Shown in pieces: positions 56,001 to 64,000 of a DNA stretch of 64,000 nt. Source of the stretch: Eledone cirrhosa. Lineage: Eukaryota. Position 1 is the stretch's first letter, and the number at the start of each line of letters is the position of its first letter. Both the position numbers and the translations under genes were made by a program. The notes under the pieces were generated by a model. The model did no database searches. It was given only the letters and a program-made list of their open reading frames with translations, and had not been told where the DNA came from. The stretch is from the NCBI GenBank assembly GCA_964016885.1, contig OZ024740.1, positions 318,432,001-318,496,000 of the forward strand, read 5' to 3'.

Positions 56001-58120
56001 TATCTGACATTCTAGCGACTCTACCAATTCGAAGTCTTTCTACTACAATACTAACTTTAAATAATCCAGGATGGTCTCCTCTATTTCCACAACTTACATT
56101 CTATCTGACATTCTAACGACTCTACCAGTTCGCTGTATTACTACTACAATACTCACAACAAATAAACCAGTATCGTCTCGTCTATCTCCACATCTTACAT
56201 TCTATCTTACATACTAACGACTCTACCAATTCGAAGTCTTTCTACTACAGCACTAACTTTAAATAATCCAGGATTGTCTCCTCTATTTCCACAACTTACA
56301 TTCTATCTGACATTCTATCGACTCTACCAATTCGATGTCTTTCTAATACAGTACTCCCAACAAATAATCCAGGATTGTCTCATCTATTTCTACATCTTAC
56401 ATTCTATCTGACATTCTAACGACTCTACCCATTCGCTCTATTTCTACTACAATACTAACTTCAAATAATCCAGGATTGTCTCGTCTATTTCCACACCTTA
56501 CATTCTATCTGATATTCTAACGACTCTACCAATTCGAAGTCTTTCTACTACAATACTCACAACAAATAATCCAGGATTGTCTCGTCTATTTCCACAACTT
56601 ACATTCTATCTGCCATTCTAATGACTCTACCAATTCGCTGTCTTTCTACTACAATACTCACAACAAATAATCCAGGATTGTCTCGTCTATTTCCACAACT
56701 TACATTCTATCTGACATTTTAACGACTCTACCAATTCGAAGTCTTTCTACTACAATATTAACGTCACATAATCCAGGATTGTCTCCTCTATTTCCACAAC
56801 TTACATTCTACCTGACATTCTAACGACTCTACCAATTCGGAGTCTTTCTGCTACAATACTCACAACAAATAATCCAGGATTGCCTCGTCTATTTCCACAC
56901 CTTACATTCTATCTGACATTCTAACGACTCTACCAATTCTCTGTATTTCTACTACAATACTAACTTCAAATAATCGAGGATTGTCTCGTCTATTTCCACA
57001 ACTTACATTCTATCTCACATTCTAACGAGTCTACCAATTCGCTGTATTTCTACTACAATACTCACAACAAATATACCAGGATTGTCTCGTCTATTTCCAC
57101 AACTTACATTCTATCTTACATACTAACGACTCTACCAATTCGAAGTCTTTCTACTACAATACTAACTTTAAACAATCCAGGATTGTCTCGTCTATTTCCA
57201 CAACTTACATTCTATGTGAAATTCTAACGACTCTACCAATTCGAAGTCTTTCTACTACAATACTCACACAAAATAATCCAGGATTGTCTCGTCTATTCCC
57301 ACAACTTACATTATATCTGACATTCTAATAACTCTACCAATTCGAAATATTTCTACTACAATGCTCACAACAAATAATCCAGGATTGCCTCGTCTATTTC
57401 CACAACTTACATTCTATCTGACATTCTAACGACTCTACCAAATCGAAGTCTTTCTACTACAATACTCACAACAAATAATCTAGGATTGTATCGTCTATTT
57501 CTACAACTTACATTCTATCTGACATTCTAACGACTCTACCAATTCGAAGTCTTTCTGCTACAATACTCACAACAAATAATCCAGGATTGCCTCGTCTATT
57601 TCCACACATTACATTCTATCTGACATTCTAACGACTCTACCAATTCTCTGTATTTCTACTACAATACTAACTTCAAATAATCGAGGATTGTCTCGTCTAT
57701 TTACACAACTTACATTCTATCTGATATTCTAACGACTCTACCAATTCGCTGTATGTCTACTACAATACTAACTTCAAATAATCCAGGATTGTCTCATCTA
57801 TTTCCACAACTTACATTCTATCTGATATTCTAACGACTCACTCTACCAATTCGAAGTCTTTGTACTACAATACTAAAAACAAATAATGCAGGATTGTCTC
57901 GTCTATTTCCACAACTTACATTCTATCTGACATTCTAACTACTCTACCAATTCGAAGTCTTTTTATTACAATACTCACAACAAATAATCCAGGATTGTGT
58001 CGTCTATTTCCACAACTTACATTCTATCTGACATTCTAACGACTCTACGAATTCGAAGTCTTTCTACTACAATACTCACAATAAATAATCCAGGATTGTC
58101 TCGTCTATTTCCACAACTTA
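53020..58120. repeat. Older, more diverged paralog of ~36845-42150 (offset ~16 kb)
   Basis: Same ordered series of rare variants: AACGTGAAAT (G at 36851/53028), TTCCAGAAC, GTCATATAAT, TTCAGGGTT, ACAAAGAAATC, CAAGTAATC, GGATGGTC, CCAGTATCG. The copies differ by several substitutions and whole-monomer indels. Confidence 0.88.
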
Positions 58121-61100
58121 CATTCTATCTCACATTCTAACGAGTCTACCAATTCGCTGTATTTCTACTACAATACTCACAACAAATATACCAGGATTGT
58201 CTCGTCTATTTCCACAACTTACATTCTATCTTACATACTAACGACTCTACCAATTCGAAGTCTTTCTACTACAATACTAACTTTAAACAATCCAGGATTG
58301 TCTCCTCTATTTCAACAACTTACATTATATCTGACATTCTAACGACTCTACCGATTCGATGTCTTTCTACTACAATACTCACAACAAATAATCCAGGATT
58401 GTCTCGTCTATTTCCACAACTTACATTCTATCTGACATTCAAACGACTCTATCAATTTGAAGTCTTTGTACTACAATACTAACGTCAAATAATCCAGGAT
58501 TGTCTCGTTCATTTCCACAACTTACATTCTATCTGACGTTCTAACGACTCTATCAATTCGAATTCTTTCTTCAACAATACTCACAACAAATAATCCAGGA
58601 TTGTCTCATCTATTTCAACACCTTACATTCTATCTGACATTCTAACGACTCTACCAATTCGCTGTATTTCTACTACAATACTAACTTCAAATAATCCAGG
58701 ATTGTCTCGTCTATTTCCACAACTTACATTCTATTTGATATTCTAACGACTCTACCAATTTGAAGTATTTCTACTACAATACTAACAACAAATAATCCAG
58801 GATTTCCCGTCTATTTCCACAACTTACATTCTATCTGACATGCGAACGACTCTACCAATTTGAAGTATTTCTACTACAATACTCACATCAAATAATCCTG
58901 GATTGTCTCCTCTATTTCCACAACTTACATTCTATCTCAGTTTCTAACGAGTCTACCAATTCGCTGTATTTCTACTACAATACTCACAACAAATAAACCA
59001 GGATTGTCTCGTCTATTTCCACAACTTACATTGTATCTGACATACTAACGACTCTACCAATTCGAAGTCTTTCTACTACAATACTAACTTTAAACAATCC
59101 ATGATTGTCTCCTCTATTTCCACAACTTACATTCTATCTGTCATTCTAATGACTCTACCAATTCGCTGTATTTTTACTACAATACTAACTTCAAATAATC
59201 CAGGATTGTCTCATCTATTTCCACAACTTACATTCTATCTGATATTCGAACGACTCTACCAATTCGAAGTCTTTCTACTACAATACTCACAACAAATAAT
59301 CCAGGATTGTCTCGTCTATTTCCATAACTTACGTTCTATGTGACATTCTAACGACTCTACCAATTCGAAGTCTTTCTACTACAATACTCACAACAAATAA
59401 TCCAGGATTGTCTCGTCTATTTCCACAACTTACGTTCTATCTGACATTCTAACGACTCTACCAATTCTCTGTATTTCTACTACAATACTAACTTCAAATA
59501 ATCGAGGATTGTCTCGTCTATTTCCACAACTTACATTCTATCTGACATTCTAACGACTCTACCAATTCGAAATCTTTCTACTACAATACTCACAACAAAT
59601 AATCCAGGATTGTATCGTCTATTTCTACGACTTACATTCTATCTGACATTCTAACGACTCTACCAATTCGGAGTCTTTCTGCTACAATACTCACAACAAA
59701 TAATCCAGGATTGCCTTGTCTATTTCCACACCTTACATTCTATCTGACATTCTAACGACTCTACCAATTCGCTGTATTTCTACTACAATACTAACTTCAA
59801 ATAATCCCGGATTGTCTCGACTATTTCCACAACTTACATTCTATTTGATATTCTAACGACTCTACCAATTTGTAGTATTTCTACTACAATACTAACAACA
59901 AATAATCCAGGATTTCCCGTCTATTTCCACAACTTACATTCTATCTGACAATCGAACGACTCTACCAATTCGAAGTCTTTCTACTACAATACTCACATCA
60001 AATAATCCTGGATTGTCTCGTCTATTTCCACACCTTACATTCTATCTCAGTTTCTAACGAGTCTACCAATTCGCTGTATTTCTACTACAATACTCACAAC
60101 AAATAATCCAGGATTGTATCGTCTATTTCTACGACTTACATTCTATCTGACATACTAACGACTCTACCAATTCGAAGTCTTTCTACTACAATACTAACTT
60201 TAAACAATCCATGATTGTCTCCTCTATTTCCACAACTTACATTCTATCTGACATTCTAATGACTCTACCAATTCGAAGTCTTTCTACTACAATACTCACA
60301 ACAAATAATCCAGGATTGTATCGTCTATTTCCACAACTTACATTCTATCTGACATTCTAACTACTCTACCAATTCGCTGTATTTTTACTACAATACTAAC
60401 TTCAAATAATCCCGGATTGTCTCATCTACTTCCACAACTTACATTCTATCTGATATTCGAACGACTCTACCAATTCGAAGTCTTTCTACTACAATACTCA
60501 CAACAAATAATCCAGGATTGTCTCGTCTATTTCCACAACTTACGTTCTATGTGACATTCTAACGACTCTACCAATTCGAAGTCTTTCTACTACAATACTC
60601 ACAACAAATAATCCAGGATTGTCTCGTCTATTTCCACAACTTACGTTCTATGTGACATTCTAATGACTCTACCAATTCGAAGTCTTTGTACTACAATACT
60701 AACAACAAATAATGCAGGATTGTCTCGTCTATTTCCACAACTTACATTCTATCTGACATTCGAACGACTCTACGAATTCGAAGTCTTTCTACTACAATAC
60801 TCACAACAAATAATCCAGGATTGTCTCGTCTATTTCCACAACTTACATTCTATCTGACATTCAAACGACTCTATCAATTCGAAGTCTTTCTACTACAATA
60901 CTAACGTCAAATAATCCAGGATTGTCTCCTCTATTTCCACAACTTACATTCTATCTGACATTCTAACGACTCTACCAATTCGATGTCTTTCTACTACAAT
61001 ACTCACAACAAATAATCCAGGATTGTATCGTCTATTTCTACGACTTACATTCTATCTGACATTCTAACGACTCTACCAATTCGAAGTGTTTCTACTACAA

Positions 61101-64000
61101 TACTCACAACAAATAATCCAGGATTGTCTCATCTATTTCCACACCTTACATTCTATCTGACATTCTAACGACTCTACCCATTCGCTCTATTTCTACTACA
61201 ATACTAACTTCAAATAATCCAGGATTGTCTCGTCTACTTCCACAACTTACATTGTATCTGATATTCTAACGACTCTACCAATTCGAAGTCTTTCTACTAC
61301 AATACTCACAACAAATAATCCAGGATTGTCTCGTCTATTTCCACAACTTACATTCTATCTGACATTCTAATGACTCTACCAATTCGCTGTATTTCTACTA
61401 CAATACTCACAACAAATAATCCAGGATTGTCCCGTCTATTTCCACAACTTACATTCTATCTGACATTTTAACGACTCTACCAATTCGAAGTCTTTCTACT
61501 ACAATATTAACGTCAAATAATCCAGGATTGTCTCCTCTATTTCCACAACTTACATTCTACCTGACATTCTAACGACTCTACCAAATCTCTGTATTTCTAC
61601 TACAATACTAACTTTAAACAATCCAGGATTGTCTCTTCTATTTCCACAACTTACATTCTATCTGACATTCTAACGACTCTACCAATTCGATGTCTTTCTA
61701 CTACAATACTCACAACAAATAATCCAGGATTGTATCGTCTATTTCTACGACTTACATTCTATCTGACATTCTAACGACTCTACCAATTCGGAGTCTTTCT
61801 GCTACAATACTCACAACAAATAATCCAGGATTGCCTTGTCTATTTCCACACCTTACATTCTATCTGACATTCTAACGACTCTACCAATTCTCTGTATTTC
61901 TACTACAATACTAACTTCAAATAATCGAGGATTGTCTCGTCTATTTCCACAACTTACATTCTATCTGATATTCTAACGACTCTACAAATTCGAAGTCTTT
62001 CTACTACAATACTCACAACAAATAATCCAGGATTGTCTCGTCTATTTCCACAACTTACGTTCTATGTGACATTCTAATGACTCTACCAATTCGAAGTCTT
62101 TGTACTACAATACTAACAACAAATAATGCAGGATTGTCTCGTCTATTTCCACAACTTACATTCTATCTGACATTCGAACGACTCTACGAATTCGAAGTCT
62201 TTCTACTACAATACTCACAACAAATAATCCAGGATTGTCTCGTCTATTTCCACAACTTACATTCTATCTGACATTCAAACGACTCTATCAATTCGAAGTC
62301 TTTCTACTACAATACTAACGTCAAATAATCCAGGATTGTCTCCTCTATTTCCACACCTTACATTCTATCTGACATTCTAACGACTCTACCAATTCGATGT
62401 CTTTCTACTACAATACTCACAACAAATAATCCAGGATTGTATCGTCTATTTCTACGACTTACATTCTATCTGACATTCTAAGGACTCTACCAATTCGGAG
62501 TCTTTCTGCTACAATACTCACAACAAATAATCCAGGATTGCCTTGTCTATTTCCACACCTTACATTCTATCTGACATTCTAACGACTCTACCAATTCTCT
62601 GTATTTCTACTACAATACTAACTTCAAATAATCGAGGATTGTCTCGTCTATTTCCACAACTTACATTCTATCTGACATTCTAACGACTCTACCAATTTGT
62701 AGTATTTCTACTACAATACTAACAACAAATAATCCAGGATTTCCCGTCTATTTCCACAAGTTACATTCTATCTGACATTCGAACGACTCTACCAATTCGA
62801 AGTCTTTCTACTACAATACTCACATCAAATAATCCTGGATTGTCTCGTCTATTTCCACACCTTACATTCTATCTCAGTTTCTAACGAGTCTACCAATTCG
62901 CTGTATTTCTACTACAATACTCACAACAAATAATCCAGGATTGTATCGTCTATTTCTACGACTTACATTCTATCTGACATACTAACGACTCTACCAATTC
63001 GAAGTCTTTCTACTACAATACTAACTTTAAACAATCCATGATTGTCTCCTCTATTTCCACAACTTACATTCTATCTGACATTATAACGACTCTACCAATT
63101 CGAAGTCTTTCTACTACAATATTAACGTCAAATAATCCAGGATTGTCTCCTCTATTTCCACAACTTACATTATACCTGACATTCTAACGACTCTACCAAT
63201 TCTCTGTATTTCTACTACAATACTAACTTTAAACAATCCAGGATTGTCTCCTCTATTTCCACAACTTACATTCTATCTGACATTCTAACGACTCTACCAA
63301 TTCGATGTCTTTCTACTACAATACTCACAACAAATAATCCAGGATTGTATCGTCTATTTCTACGACTTACATTCTATCTGACATTCTAACGACTCTACCA
63401 ATTCGGAGTCTTTCTGCTACAATACTCACAACAAATAATCCAGGATTGCCTTGTCTATTTCCACACCTTACATTCTATCTGACATTCTAACGACTCTACC
63501 AATTCGCTGTATTTCTACTACAATACTAACTTCAAATAATCCCGGATTGTCTCGACTATTTCCACAACTTACATTCTATTTGATATTCTAACGACTCTAC
63601 CAATTTGAAGTATTTCTACTACAATACTAACAACAAATAATCCAGGATTTCCCGTCTATTTCCACAACTTACATTCTATCTGACATTCGAACGACTCTAC
63701 CAATTCGAAGTCTTTCTACTACAATACTCACATCAAATAATCCTGGATTGTCTCGTCTATTTCCACACCTTACATTCTATTTCAGTTTCTAACGAGTCTA
63801 CCAATTCGCTGTATTTCTACTACAATACTCACAACAAATAATCCAGGATTGTATCGTCTATTTCTACGACTTACATTCTATCTGACATACTAACGACTCT
63901 ACCAATTCGAAGTCTTTCTACTACAATACTAACATTAAACAATCCATGATTGTCTCCTCTATTTCCACAACTTACATTCTTTCTGACATTCTAACAACAC
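58120..64000. repeat. Third variant domain with local repeats at 9-, 14- and 37-monomer offsets
   Basis: Domain markers are TTCTACGACTT, TGCCTTGTC, ATCCTGGAT and GATTTCCCGT. Offsets are 908 (62741/63649), 1414 (60663/62077) and 3735 (CCCGG at 59806/63541). Confidence 0.82.

Larger units (their letters stand above)
1..64000. repeat. Tandem satellite DNA array, 101-bp monomer, ~634 head-to-tail copies, one orientation
   Basis: AATCCAGGAT-type monomer starts at 1, 100, 201, 302 ... 63941. The consensus is readable throughout (A32 T33 C28 G8 per 101 bp). I saw no non-repeat sequence or inverted segment. Confidence 0.99.

Noticed and set aside
2230-62271. 28 short + strand ORFs (60-80 aa, e.g. 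MILSSISTTYILSDILTTLPIRC...)
   Set aside because: They are translations of about two satellite monomers. 101 is not divisible by 3, so the frame rotates each monomer and hits the consensus TGA (pos 44) or TAA (pos 52, 101). Starts are chance ATG/TTG variants, and there is no recognisable domain or gene context.
1-64000. CRISPR-like array or variable-cassette system (constant part plus variable positions 70-75 and 91-101)
   Set aside because: There are no unique spacers. The variable sites are a few substitutions on one consensus, inherited through duplications, and no cas, recombinase or reverse transcriptase genes are present.
1-64000. Giant repeat protein (303-nt, 101-aa unit) under an alternative genetic code, either strand
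   Set aside because: It would need both TAA and TGA reassigned on +, or all three stops on -. The -1 and +4 indels propagate freely, and I see no sign of codon-level constraint.
1-64000. Hidden transposon or unique insertion, or an inversion within the array
   Set aside because: None was seen on reading, and monomer phase across the window is fully explained by the small indels listed (net +7 bp).
1-64000. Telomeric repeat
   Set aside because: Despite the C-rich strand bias, there are no CCCTAA, CCTAA or CCCTAAA tandem runs.

Overview
The whole 64 kb window is one uninterrupted head-to-tail satellite array of a 101-bp monomer (about 634 copies, single orientation, about 36% GC, very G-poor on the + strand). 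Consensus: AATCCAGGATTGTCTCGTCTATTTCCACAACTTACATTCTATCTGACATTCTAACGACTCTACCAATTCGAAGTCTTTCTACTACAATACTCACAACAAAT. I find no genes, RNA genes, transposons or CRISPR array. All listed ORFs are artefacts of reading across a monomer whose length is not a multiple of 3. It looks like eukaryotic centromeric or pericentromeric/heterochromatic satellite, but I cannot identify the family or organism. The interesting content is the array architecture. Diagnostic variants reveal irregular, nested higher-order duplications with periods from 1 to about 160 monomers (including 9, 13, 14, 19, 23, 52 and 58). There are at least three variant-defined domains, a probable ~3-monomer gene-conversion tract, and a very tight 101-bp length constraint. 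The indels I could see sum exactly to the phase offset across the window, which excludes hidden out-of-phase insertions. I see no support for a novel protein-coding system here.
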